Part shown: piece after piece, positions 8,176-16,922 of the stretch
How the letters are laid out: each line of letters opens with the position of its first letter
Position numbering within the stretch: position 1 is the first letter of the stretch
DNA from: an archaeon
Lineage (GTDB): Archaea > Iainarchaeota > Iainarchaeia > Iainarchaeales > CSSED10-239
Length of the DNA stretch: 25,365 bases
NCBI GenBank assembly: GCA_035357435.1
Contig: DAOPNM010000006.1
Location: forward strand, 1-25,365
Direction: 5' to 3'
Notes under the pieces: generated by a model
Told to the model about the DNA's origin: nothing
What the model saw: the letters and a program-made list of their open reading frames with translations, nothing else
Database searches by the model: none
Translations under genes and position numbers: made by a program

Positions 8176-8871
8176 TCAAATACTTTCCAAAAAAGTCAAA
8201 GCACATGGAATTTCTTTAAAAGACAAAACTTCAAAATCAGCAATCTTCTTCTTAAGAACACAACTTCGTTTTGTTAAACCATACTTTGCAAGAACAGTTT
8301 TTAATCCCACTTTTTTTGCACCTAAAATGTCTCTTTTTAAATCATCACCAATCATTACAATTTCTTGAGGGGCAGAGCCCATCTTTTTAACTGCTAATTT
8401 AAATGCTTTAGGATCTGGTTTCTTTGTTTTAACATCATCACTAGTTAGCACAATATCAAACATTTTATGAAGATCCATAGATGCTAATCTTAACCATGCT
8501 TGAATTTTAGGTGCATCTGTTAAAATACCTAATTTATAACCTTTACTTTTTAAAAAAAAAAGTGTATCTTTAACATCAGGATATGGTAAAAAATGATTTT
8601 GTTTTTCATTTTTATATGCTACAATACCCGGTGCCAAAATAGAATAATCTATTCTGCTCATGTGATTTAAAAGAAGCTTTTGAAAAACCTTTTGATACTC
8701 CCAACCATATTTTTTATAAATGTCCCATATTTCTTTTTCTGCATCTTTTTGAGTTAATGGCAAACCATTTTTAATCATTGCCTTTGCAGCTTTCTTTACA
8801 CATTGCTCTTTCATCTTTACAAAATCAATTAAGGTATTATCTAAATCAAAAAGAATTGCTTTAATTTTCAT
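8176..8871 (-). CDS. HAD-superfamily hydrolase (phosphatase)
   Basis: 231 aa carrying all four HAD motifs: I FDLDNTL, II ILTDA, III KKPDPKAF, IV GDDLKRD. Confidence 0.85.
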   Translation of the reverse strand: MKIKAILFDLDNTLIDFVKMKEQCVKKAAKAMIKNGLPLTQKDAEKEIWDIYKKYGWEYQKVFQKLLLNHMSRIDYSILAPGIVAYKNEKQNHFLPYPDVKDTLFFLKSKGYKLGILTDAPKIQAWLRLASMDLHKMFDIVLTSDDVKTKKPDPKAFKLAVKKMGSAPQEIVMIGDDLKRDILGAKKVGLKTVLAKYGLTKRSCVLKKKIADFEVLSFKEIPCALTFLESI

Positions 8872-8890
8872 AAATAATCATTAATTAAAA

Positions 8891-8973
8891 CGCAGAGGAT
8901 GGGATTTGAACCCATGTAGTCGTGAGACTCCAGCTCTCAAGGCTGGTGCGTTTGGCCACTCCGCCACCTCTGC
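8891..8973 (-). tRNA. tRNA-Ser (anticodon UGA), class II with a long variable arm, no encoded CCA
   Basis: Minus-strand fold: GCAGAGG-TG-GCGGAGTGGCCAAACGC-A-CCAGC-CTTGAGA-GCTGG-AGTCTCACGACTAC-ATGGG-TTCAAAT-CCCAT-CCTCTGC-G. This gives a 7-bp acceptor stem, a 5-bp anticodon stem, a 7-nt loop with anticodon TGA, a 14-nt variable arm and a T-loop TTCAAAT. It is a GC-rich island in AT-rich DNA. Confidence 0.93.
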
Positions 8974-9061
8974 TTTATTTAAAATTGGAATTGATATAAA
9001 CATAAATTGAAATAAAACATTTATATACTATTTTATTATACAAAAACAAAAATTAACAAAA

Positions 9062-9409
9062 CTATCTAATTATACTCCCCTCTTTTACAGGCACACTTGG
9101 AAACAAAAGTGCATCAACATCTTCATCTCCTATTGCTAAAATCATTCCTTGACTTTCTAAACCCATTAATTTTCTTGGTTCCATATTTATAATAACAGGA
9201 ACTTGCTTATTAATTAAATCTTCTGGTTTATACTTTGTGCCAATCCCTGCAATAACTTGTCTTTGAAAACTTCCAAAATCAATTAATAATTTTAATAGCT
9301 TTTTACTATCTTTTACAGTTTCTGCATTAATAATTTTTCCAACTCTTAAATCTAATTTACTAAAATCATTATAACTTATATTTGGTTTTAGATAATCTAA
9401 TTCTGTCAT
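9062..9409 (-). CDS. tRNA-binding OB-fold protein (Trbp111 / CsaA / MetRS C-terminal-domain-like)
   Basis: 115 aa from the ATG at 9409; the track's 9412 start is a TTG one codon upstream. The sequence FSKLDLRVGKIINAETVKDSKKLLKLLIDFG...RQVIAGI...PEDLINKQVPVIINMEPRKLMGLESQGMILA is the classic EMAP/Trbp111 tRNA-binding domain pattern. A GAGGA SD-like motif lies upstream. Confidence 0.85.
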   Translation of the reverse strand: MTELDYLKPNISYNDFSKLDLRVGKIINAETVKDSKKLLKLLIDFGSFQRQVIAGIGTKYKPEDLINKQVPVIINMEPRKLMGLESQGMILAIGDEDVDALLFPSVPVKEGSIIR

Positions 9410-9435
9410 CAATTATTCCTCTTTAACATTAAACA

Positions 9436-9518
9436 CGCAGGAGACGAGATTCGAACTCGCGTAGTCGTGAGACCCCAGCTCTCCAAGCTGGTGCGTTTGG
9501 CCACTCCGCCACTCCTGC
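9436..9518 (-). tRNA. tRNA-Ser (anticodon GGA), class II, no encoded CCA
   Basis: Minus-strand fold: GCAGGAG-TG-GCGGAGTGGCCAAACGC-A-CCAGC-TTGGAGA-GCTGG-GGTCTCACGACTAC-GCGAG-TTCGAAT-CTCGT-CTCCTGC-G. The D arm, anticodon stem and variable arm are nearly identical to the UGA isoacceptor. The acceptor and T stems differ. Confidence 0.93.
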
Positions 9519-9647
9519 ATTTTGTTTAAGTTAGTTGACTGGTAAATATAATATATCTATAAAAGTATATAAATATATACAACCTATAATTACACATCTA
9601 AAATAACTTAAATTAAAAAAACAAAAGTCTTAAAAAAATAAAAAACA

Positions 9648-9731
9648 CGCAGGGAATGAGATTCGAACTCATGTGGTCTTAAAGACCCTGGTTTTCGAGA
9701 CCAGTGCATTTAACCACTCTGCCATCCCTGC
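9648..9731 (-). tRNA. tRNA-Ser (anticodon CGA), class II, no encoded CCA
   Basis: Minus-strand fold: GCAGGGA-TG-GCAGAGTGGTTAAATGC-A-CTGGT-CTCGAAA-ACCAG-GGTCTTTAAGACCAC-ATGAG-TTCGAAT-CTCAT-TCCCTGC-G. The variable arm is 15 nt. Confidence 0.92.
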
Positions 9732-10214
9732 ATAAATAAATTGTGAAAAGAAAACCATAAAAAGAGGAATTTTTATAAAACATATACAAAAAAAAAGAGG
9801 CAAAACAATTTTAAAAAAAATAAACTAGAAACAATCTATTTAAAAAAACAAATTTCAAGATGAGGGAAACCTTACACATTATTTGCCTTACAAACTTGGT
9901 GAGTTTATTCCCTCAACTTTCTTTCATTAATTTATGATGCATTTTCTCACAACCTTTTTTATCACTCCCGGATGTATATCCTTTTACAAAGACTCCAAAA
10001 AATCATTCAATATCCATTCTGGAAAATCTTTGGAATATCTCAATCCGAATATATAAAATAATTAGAGAATATATATACTGTCTAAGTTTAAATGTACAAA
10101 AAAGAACATGAAAAAATAAATAAACACACAAAAAAATAATCACCATAAAAAATAAGGTAAAAACAGAAAAACCATACAAAATAATTAAACAAAATGAATA
10201 TTTAAAAAAACACA

Positions 10215-11588
10215 TTATAACAAAAACTTTTCTTTAGGTAAAAAAAAATCAGAAAAAAAATTATTTAACTTAGAGGTATTTTCTAAATAAAAAGACTTAA
10301 TCTCGTCATCAACAAGGACAATTACATCTAAATCAAAACTTGTTTTTGCAAAATCTAAAATAATATCAGAGATATTTACTTCATCTCTTTGCTTAATAAT
10401 ATACCATTTATTATCCCTAATATATGGGCCATATAAAGGGCTTGTATTTCTTATAAAATTTTCAGAGGCATTAATATCTGTTACTAATGGGCCTTGCCCT
10501 ATTGTAAATTTACTTAATTGCAAACTGTCAACTAATAAAAACAAAAAAGCATTATCTTCTCCATCATAATAATAATTCTCAAACTTTAATACTTTAAAAC
10601 CTTCTGATTCCAAATATTTAATTAACTTATTTGTATTTTTTCTGAGTTTCGCCCATACAATATCTTTTAACATATCTTTAACATTAAATTTTAAAATAAC
10701 CATAGGCAATCTACTTAAATGCACTAACAATTGATTATAAGAAAACGATTTTGGTTGTTTTTTAAAAAACTCAGAATAGGGGGTATACAAAAATTCTCTT
10801 GATGCAGCAATAAATACACACAATTGCTTTTCACTAACTGCAGCAGCAACATTTCTATTAGAATCTACAGGATCAATAAAAACTAAGGGATCATTAAATT
10901 TATCCAAAAATGGAAACTGTTCTTGTAATAATGCCAACTTTACAGGAATATTCCAATTTGCTACATTTGTTAATACATTCAAAAAATCTTTATAATAAAG
11001 AACTAACAACTCACAAAGATATCCAGAAAATCCAAATGTAGAAGAATCTGCACCATATGTCCCTATATATTTCATAAAATATTTTAACAGTCTAACATCG
11101 TCTCTTTGTTTATCAGAAATATTCTTATTAACAAACATTAAATGAAACAAAGTTCTATCTACAGAAGAAAGTAAATTATCAGTGGACTCTATTTTATATG
11201 CAGGAACAATTTCTATTCTTTGACCATCAATAATTCCAGAAATATAAGGATGTTCAGAATACTTTTTTTCCCAAAAATATCCTTTAAATACATTTTGACC
11301 AACGTTTAGACCTTCTCTTACAAACTCCTCTCTTGGCAATGTTGGAGGATAAAGAACAAAAATATCAAAATCTTTAGAATCTTTTAATTGTGTACCTTTC
11401 CCAAAAGAACCAGCAACAACTGCAGTAATGTGTTTTCCAGGCATCTTTTTTATTTTCTTTAGGATTGAATCTAAAAGTTTCCTTTCTTGAATCAATTGTT
11501 TAGATGTTGGTTTAATTTCTTGTAACAAAAATCGCCTTGTTTTTTCATAATCTTCTAATTTATTTTTATCAATATTAACATAAGACAT
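10215..11588 (-). CDS. cca: CCA-adding enzyme (archaeal class-I tRNA nucleotidyltransferase)
   Basis: The class-I nucleotidyltransferase signature GSFGKGTQLKDSKDFDIFVLY is present, and the overall length is about 457 aa. The track ORF extends to 11675 only through a TTG start and 29 hydrophobic codons. The ATG at 11588 (MSYVNIDKNKLEDYEK...) sits about 27 nt downstream of a TTTTAAATAT box, which fits a leaderless start. Confidence 0.85.
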   Translation of the reverse strand: MSYVNIDKNKLEDYEKTRRFLLQEIKPTSKQLIQERKLLDSILKKIKKMPGKHITAVVAGSFGKGTQLKDSKDFDIFVLYPPTLPREEFVREGLNVGQNVFKGYFWEKKYSEHPYISGIIDGQRIEIVPAYKIESTDNLLSSVDRTLFHLMFVNKNISDKQRDDVRLLKYFMKYIGTYGADSSTFGFSGYLCELLVLYYKDFLNVLTNVANWNIPVKLALLQEQFPFLDKFNDPLVFIDPVDSNRNVAAAVSEKQLCVFIAASREFLYTPYSEFFKKQPKSFSYNQLLVHLSRLPMVILKFNVKDMLKDIVWAKLRKNTNKLIKYLESEGFKVLKFENYYYDGEDNAFLFLLVDSLQLSKFTIGQGPLVTDINASENFIRNTSPLYGPYIRDNKWYIIKQRDEVNISDIILDFAKTSFDLDVIVLVDDEIKSFYLENTSKLNNFFSDFFLPKEKFLL

Positions 11589-11610
11589 ATCAATAATATT
11601 ACAACAAAAC

Positions 11611-11620
11611 ATATTTAAAA
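11611..11620 (-). promoter_or_regulatory. candidate TATA box for cca (leaderless-type spacing)
   Basis: Minus strand reads TTTTAAATAT, centred about 27 nt upstream of the ATG at 11588. There is no SD between the box and the ATG. Confidence 0.35.
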
Positions 11621-11675
11621 AGACAAGAAAATATCTAAAACATACATCCACAAAATATTTAAACAAAATGCACAA

Positions 11676-11685
11676 TTAAATATAT
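11676..11685 (+). promoter_or_regulatory. candidate TATA box for dph2 (divergent from cca)
   Basis: TTAAATATAT is centred about 24 nt upstream of the ATG at 11705. No SD is present. Confidence 0.35.
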
Positions 11686-11704
11686 ATTAAAAAACAAGAA
11701 AAAT

Positions 11705-12667
11705 ATGATTCAAGAAACATTAATTAAAGAAATAAACAAACTAAAAATTAAAGAAAAACCAATTGCAATACAAATCCCAGAAGGACTAAAACAATATAGT
11801 ACAGACATATTAAACAAATTTAAAGAAAACGACCCTATTTTATTTGTAGACCAGTGTTATGGGGCGTGTGATCTAAAAGACATTGAAGCAAAAAATCTAG
11901 GATGTAAACTACTTATTCATTTTGGGCATTACCCTGTAATTAAATCAAAAATAAAAACTATTTATATTCCATTAAACTACGAACTAGACAATGAAACAAT
12001 AAACTATATTGTTGAAGAAATAAAAAAATTAAACTTAAAAAAAATAAATTTAGTAACCACAATACAATACATAAACAACATTGAAAAAATAAAAACAAAA
12101 CTAAAACAAGAAAACATACAAACATTACCTGGGAAAAAAACAAAAAGAACAATAGAACATGTAGTGTTAGGTTGTGATTGCTCAACAATAAATGACAAAA
12201 CATATCCAATTATATTTATTGGAGACGGCTACTTTCATGTAACCAACATTGCATACATTTACAATTCACAAAAAATATATTTAATAAACCCATTTACAAA
12301 AGATACAAAACAAATAACAGAACCACAAGAATTTATTAAAAGAAGATATGCAATAATATCAAGAGCTAAAAACGCACAATCATTTGGGATAATTGTGTCT
12401 ACAAAACCTGGCCAAACAAGACTAAAACTTGCAAAAAGCATTCAAAATAAACTACAAAAACAAGGTAAAAAAGCATATTTACTAATTGCTGACAATATAA
12501 AAGATGAACTATTTACAGGGATAAACATTGACTGCTATATAAATACAGCTTGCCCAAGAATAACATATGATGACTATTATTTATTTAAAAAACCAATGCT
12601 TGCACCACCAGAAATTGAATTGCTATTTAATATTTATAAAAAATTAGAAATAGACCAAATGACATAA
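11705..12667 (+). CDS. dph2: diphthamide synthesis enzyme Dph2 (2-(3-amino-3-carboxypropyl)histidine synthase)
   Basis: 320 aa, collinear with archaeal Dph2. Matching blocks are IAIQIPEGL, YGACD, GCKLLIHFGH, VVLGCD, FIGDGYFH, FIKRRY, SFGIIVSTKPGQ and INTACPRI, which include the three Fe-S ligand Cys contexts. Confidence 0.85.
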   Translation: MIQETLIKEINKLKIKEKPIAIQIPEGLKQYSTDILNKFKENDPILFVDQCYGACDLKDIEAKNLGCKLLIHFGHYPVIKSKIKTIYIPLNYELDNETINYIVEEIKKLNLKKINLVTTIQYINNIEKIKTKLKQENIQTLPGKKTKRTIEHVVLGCDCSTINDKTYPIIFIGDGYFHVTNIAYIYNSQKIYLINPFTKDTKQITEPQEFIKRRYAIISRAKNAQSFGIIVSTKPGQTRLKLAKSIQNKLQKQGKKAYLLIADNIKDELFTGINIDCYINTACPRITYDDYYLFKKPMLAPPEIELLFNIYKKLEIDQMT

Positions 12668-12756
12668 ATAAATTTCACTTACGCAAAATAAATAACAAAA
12701 AACAATTTATTTAAAATTTGAATTTACTAAAAAGTGTTAAAAAACAATTGTACAAA

Positions 12757-12767
12757 TAATAAATATA
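12757..12767 (+). promoter_or_regulatory. candidate TATA box for rnz
   Basis: TAATAAATATA is centred about 30 nt upstream of the ATG at 12793. Confidence 0.35.
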
Positions 12768-12792
12768 CAAACAATTTAAAATTGTGAAAAAA

Positions 12793-13725
12793 ATGAGCAA
12801 CAAAATAAAAATATACTTTTTAGGAACAAGTAGTTCTGTACCTACAAAAACAAGAAACTTAACAGGGGTACTAATTAACTATTTGGGGGACAACTACTTA
12901 TTTGATGCCCCAGAAAATGTACAACAACAAATAATTAAAACTAACCAAAGCTTTATGAAAATAAACAATATATTTATTACACATTTACATGGAGACCACA
13001 TATATGGAATATTAGGACTACTTTCTACAATGGAGTTAAACAACAGAGAAAAAGAACTAAACATATTTGTACCAAAAGGATATAAAAAAATATTAATAGA
13101 ACTATTAAAAGCAGGGGGCATAAAAACATCATTTGATTTAAAAATAAATGAAGTTGGGAAAAATTATAGTATAAATTTGGAAAATGTACAAATAAAAAGC
13201 ATAAAATTAAACCACACAATAAACACATATGGATACATATTTAAAATAAAAGACAAAATTGGAAAATTTAACAAACAAAAAGCTAAAAAATTAGGAATAC
13301 CAGAAGGACCATTATATAGACAACTACAACAAGGAAAAAAAATAAAAATGGACAACAAAGTAATTTATCCAGAGCAAGTAATTGACTATAACTATAAAAA
13401 AAATGGAGAATCTATTGCATATATATTAGACACACAAACATTAACAAAAATACCTACTCAATTAAAAAACATAAGTATATTAATTCATGAAGCAAGCTTT
13501 CTAGATGATCAAAAAGAAAAAGCAAAACAAAAAAAACATTCTATTGCTTCGGATGTTGCAAAATTTGCAAAAAAGATTAATGCAAAAAAATTATGTATTG
13601 TACATATCTCTCCAAGATACACAGACAATCAACAAATATTAAAAGATACAAAAAAATATTTTAAAAACACAATTATACCAAACGATTTAGATGTTTTAGA
13701 AATTGAAGATTATTCTAACAAATAA
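12793..13725 (+). CDS. rnz: ribonuclease Z (tRNA 3' endonuclease, metallo-beta-lactamase fold)
   Basis: The sequence MSNKIKIYFLGTSSSVPTKTRNLTGVLI...ITHLHGDHIYGILGLL carries the HxHxDH motif and is typical of short-form RNase Z. The track starts at a GTG (12784). The ATG at 12793 lies about 28 nt from a TAATAAATATA box. Confidence 0.85.
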   Translation: MSNKIKIYFLGTSSSVPTKTRNLTGVLINYLGDNYLFDAPENVQQQIIKTNQSFMKINNIFITHLHGDHIYGILGLLSTMELNNREKELNIFVPKGYKKILIELLKAGGIKTSFDLKINEVGKNYSINLENVQIKSIKLNHTINTYGYIFKIKDKIGKFNKQKAKKLGIPEGPLYRQLQQGKKIKMDNKVIYPEQVIDYNYKKNGESIAYILDTQTLTKIPTQLKNISILIHEASFLDDQKEKAKQKKHSIASDVAKFAKKINAKKLCIVHISPRYTDNQQILKDTKKYFKNTIIPNDLDVLEIEDYSNK

Positions 13726-13731
13726 AAACAA

Positions 13732-14424
13732 TTATATCTTAAAAAGCTGACCAGGATTTAAAATAACTGTCTTTATTGGATACCTTGTATCTTCTAATTT
13801 ATACTTTAATAGATTTGCATTAACTTTAATATCATCAAATGTATTATAATGCATAGGTATAAGATACTCTGGTGCCATCTTCTTAGAAACTCTTACTGCA
13901 GAACTAATATCCATTGTTCTTTTCCCACCAATTGGTAAAATTGCAATGGTTGGTTTAATCAAATCATGCTCATTTGTCATAAATGTATCTCCTGCAAAAA
14001 AAACACTTTTCCCACCTTTTTCTTTAATTAGAAAACTTAAAGGATAAAATGAAGAAGGATGGTGAGCAGGATATGCAGTAATCTCAATATCATCCATCTT
14101 CTTTGTATCAAATTCATCTATAGAAATTTTATTTTGTGCAGAAATACTTAACTTATTTAGTACACTTTCATGGGAAATAACACTACAGTCATACCTATTA
14201 CATAAATAATTAATACTATCTGCATCACAAGAATCCATATGCTCATGGCTTACTAAAATGGTATCAATCTTTGGTAAATTAAAAACATCAACTGCACAAG
14301 GCACTAAACGTTTCTTAGTACCTAAAGGCGTAGATGAAAAATATGGATCAGTAAGAATTTTTTTTGAACCAACATTTAATAAAAAAGAGGAATGCCCTAA
14401 ATATTTGACACCAATGATACCCAT
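13732..14424 (-). CDS. metallo-beta-lactamase-fold hydrolase (UPF0173/COG2220-like)
   Basis: 230 aa with YLGHSSFLL...ILTDPYF at the N-terminus, an HEHMD metal motif (SHEHMDSCD), a later AGDT and a distal H (PMHYNTF). Confidence 0.75.
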   Translation of the reverse strand: MGIIGVKYLGHSSFLLNVGSKKILTDPYFSSTPLGTKKRLVPCAVDVFNLPKIDTILVSHEHMDSCDADSINYLCNRYDCSVISHESVLNKLSISAQNKISIDEFDTKKMDDIEITAYPAHHPSSFYPLSFLIKEKGGKSVFFAGDTFMTNEHDLIKPTIAILPIGGKRTMDISSAVRVSKKMAPEYLIPMHYNTFDDIKVNANLLKYKLEDTRYPIKTVILNPGQLFKI

Positions 14425-14543
14425 ATAAATATTAAATATAGAATCATTATTTAAAACATATTGTTTTTATAAGAAAAGTTTTGTTTTAAAATGTTTCTAC
14501 ATATATATAGATAATTTAAGATAAAATATATTTTGTGTAATAT

Positions 14544-15368
14544 ATGAAACAAGAAAAAAAACAAATAAAATATAATAAATGGATACTGCTAACTATTATA
14601 ATATACATATCCTTATTCACAATTTTGCCTAAAATAAACGGTGCAGAACTAAACAATTTCAAAATAAATATAGATATAACCTCTCCAAACTCAGCAAAAA
14701 TTACAGAAAATTGGCAAATCACATATTCTTCACAAGAAGATTTACAAAAATTCAAAAACCAAATATTACAAGCAAACATTGATTTAACAAAATTAGCAAA
14801 AATATCAGATAAACTAAAACCACATATCTATATAAACAACTTTTTTAATTTAACAGTAGGCTTAGATGAAATAAACAACTATGTAAGACTAACATATGAA
14901 ACAAATGATTTAATATTAACAAAATATTTTGAAAATGAAGAAGAAATATTGTGGAAATTTAATGAAAATTTATTTAAAGATTTTACATCAAATAACTTAT
15001 ATCATATACCAATAGACTCATACCTCATAATATCTGTATATTCGCCACTTATAATACAAGACCCTGTGCCACAAGGAATTATTGAAAAAACCAAACTAAC
15101 GTGGACAGGAATATCTTCAAACGAATTAAGATTATTAGCACTAGAAAAAAAACCACCAAAACCAAGTTTTGCTGTATCTTTAGAACAACAAAGGATTACT
15201 AAAACCTATATAATAATAATTATAATCTTAATAATACTTACAATAATTGTAATGAACAAAAAAACAAACAAAAAAATAGAAAAATTTGTAATAAATCATT
15301 CAGAAATAAAACCAGCAAAAATAAATGATATTCACAAACTAGAGAACGAAGAAATTGAAATAAAATAA
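14544..15368 (+). CDS. hypothetical type-I membrane-anchored protein
   Basis: 274 aa. An N-terminal hydrophobic segment (WILLTIIIYISLFTILPKING) is followed by an ectodomain of about 190 aa, a transmembrane helix (YIIIIIILIILTIIVM) and a charged 38-aa tail. It lies 33 bp upstream of pheS on the same strand. Confidence 0.55.
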   Translation: MKQEKKQIKYNKWILLTIIIYISLFTILPKINGAELNNFKINIDITSPNSAKITENWQITYSSQEDLQKFKNQILQANIDLTKLAKISDKLKPHIYINNFFNLTVGLDEINNYVRLTYETNDLILTKYFENEEEILWKFNENLFKDFTSNNLYHIPIDSYLIISVYSPLIIQDPVPQGIIEKTKLTWTGISSNELRLLALEKKPPKPSFAVSLEQQRITKTYIIIIIILIILTIIVMNKKTNKKIEKFVINHSEIKPAKINDIHKLENEEIEIK

Positions 15369-15401
15369 AAATCTTTTTTTAAAAACACAAAAATTGATAA
15401 T

Positions 15402-16892
15402 ATGGAAAAAACATACATATTCAATGAAACAGATAAACAAATATACGAATACTTACAAAAAAACAAAAAAGCAACATTAGAAGAAATATTCCAAAACATA
15501 AAAACAGGACAAGACAATATAAGAAGATCTATAGAATATTTAAAAATGCAAGAAATAATAAAAGAACAAACACAAAACAAAGAAAAATATGAAGTTACAA
15601 ATCTTGGAGAAAATGCAATAAATGGGAGACTTATAGAAAAAATATTTTGTGAAAAAATAAAAGACAAACAAATATCTGTTTCTGAATTAAATAATATAAA
15701 CATTCCAGAACTAACACCTTCTGAAAAATCAATTGCATTTGGGATATGTAAAAACAAAGAATTGATCACAATTGAAGACAATAAAATAAAAATAAATAAA
15801 AACTTTGAAAAAATAATAAATCAAACAATAGAAGAACTAAAACAAATTAAACAAAATAAAAAAATCCAACAAGAAAAAATCAATGAATATATAAAAAGAA
15901 AATTTATAATAAAAAAAGAAGAAACAGAAAAAATATATTCTCTAATACAAGAAATAAAATACAATGTTCAACAAAATGAAATAATTGACTTAACTAGTGA
16001 CCTAATTAAAACAAAAGAATACAAAAACAAAAAATTTAAAGAATATGATGTTGAAATATTACCAGCACCTGCAGAAATAGGGAGAATACACCCACTACGA
16101 CAAATAATTAATTACATTCGAGAAATATATTTAGAAATGGGATTTATTGAAATGACTGGGCCATATGTAGATGTTGCATTCTGGCCTATGGACTCAATGT
16201 TTATTTCACAAGATCATCCTATGAGAGACATACAAGACACATTCTATTTGCCACAACAAGGAGATTTACCAAACTCTAAAAAACTCATAAACACAATCAC
16301 TAAGCTCCATAAAGATGGGTGGAAGACAGGATCAATTGGCTACAAATATGACTGGAATCCAGAACTCGCAAAACAACTTGTACTAAGACCGCACACAACA
16401 TCTTTAAGCTTTAGAAAATTTTATGAACTACAAAATCCAAAAAACACAAAATATTTCAGTGTTGGGAAGGTTTTTAGAAATGAAACAATTGATCAAAGCC
16501 ACCTCCCTGAATTTCATCAAGCAGAAGGATTTGTAATTGGAGATGATTTAAGCTTAGCTGATTTAATGGGATTCATTAAAGAATTTTTTTATAGATTAGG
16601 AATACAAAAAATAAAATTTAAACCTACTTATAACCCATACACAGAACCTAGTGTAGAATGCTATGCATATTTTGAAAAAGAAAAAAAATGGATAGAACTA
16701 ATAAATGCAGGAATATTTAGAAAAGAAGCGATTGCCCCATATGGTATAAAACAAAATGTAATTGCATGGGGGCTTGGCATAGAAAGAGTAGCAATGATCA
16801 TATACCAAAAAAGCATAAAAGAAATTTATGGAGACGAATGTAACCTTGATTGGTTAAGAACATACCCTCTTCCAAAAAGAGAAATACAATAA
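15402..16892 (+). CDS. pheS: phenylalanine--tRNA ligase alpha subunit (archaeal type)
   Basis: 496 aa. Class-II aaRS motif 2 is FRNETIDQSHLPEFHQAEGFV and motif 3 is GLGIERVAMI. N-terminal winged-helix repeats are typical of archaeal PheS. Confidence 0.92.
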   Translation: MEKTYIFNETDKQIYEYLQKNKKATLEEIFQNIKTGQDNIRRSIEYLKMQEIIKEQTQNKEKYEVTNLGENAINGRLIEKIFCEKIKDKQISVSELNNINIPELTPSEKSIAFGICKNKELITIEDNKIKINKNFEKIINQTIEELKQIKQNKKIQQEKINEYIKRKFIIKKEETEKIYSLIQEIKYNVQQNEIIDLTSDLIKTKEYKNKKFKEYDVEILPAPAEIGRIHPLRQIINYIREIYLEMGFIEMTGPYVDVAFWPMDSMFISQDHPMRDIQDTFYLPQQGDLPNSKKLINTITKLHKDGWKTGSIGYKYDWNPELAKQLVLRPHTTSLSFRKFYELQNPKNTKYFSVGKVFRNETIDQSHLPEFHQAEGFVIGDDLSLADLMGFIKEFFYRLGIQKIKFKPTYNPYTEPSVECYAYFEKEKKWIELINAGIFRKEAIAPYGIKQNVIAWGLGIERVAMIIYQKSIKEIYGDECNLDWLRTYPLPKREIQ

Positions 16893-16922
16893 ATAATATT
16901 TAAAAACAAAAAGAGAAAGAAA

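Noticed and set aside
8891-9731. The tRNA cluster as an integration hotspot or the edge of a mobile element
   Set aside because: The window contains no integrase, transposase or phage-like gene. I did not spot a direct repeat of any tRNA 3' half nearby that would mark an att site. The flanking genes are housekeeping.
9925-9945. Possible C/D-box sRNA (ATGATGC on the plus strand; GTGATAA on the minus strand near 9961-9967)
   Set aside because: I could find no CTGA D or D' box at the appropriate distance on either strand, and no terminal stem bringing C and D boxes together.
10003-10215. 70-aa very hydrophobic ORF overlapping the cca stop in a TAATG arrangement
   Set aside because: The composition (F/L/I/Y/C runs) is what the reverse complement of an A-rich non-coding stretch produces. 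It has no SD, no recognisable motif and no convincing transmembrane-loop-transmembrane logic. I treat it as spurious, although the surrounding region is flagged as an unexplained gap.
11589-11675. N-terminal 29-codon extension of the cca ORF in the track
   Set aside because: It begins at a TTG and encodes a hydrophobic junk-like peptide (CILFKYFVDVCFRYFLVFLNMFCCNIID). It would also overrun the TATA-like box that is correctly spaced for the ATG at 11588.
15332-15781. 149-aa minus-strand ORF
   Set aside because: It lies antisense to the 5' part of pheS and has a hydrophobic low-complexity translation.
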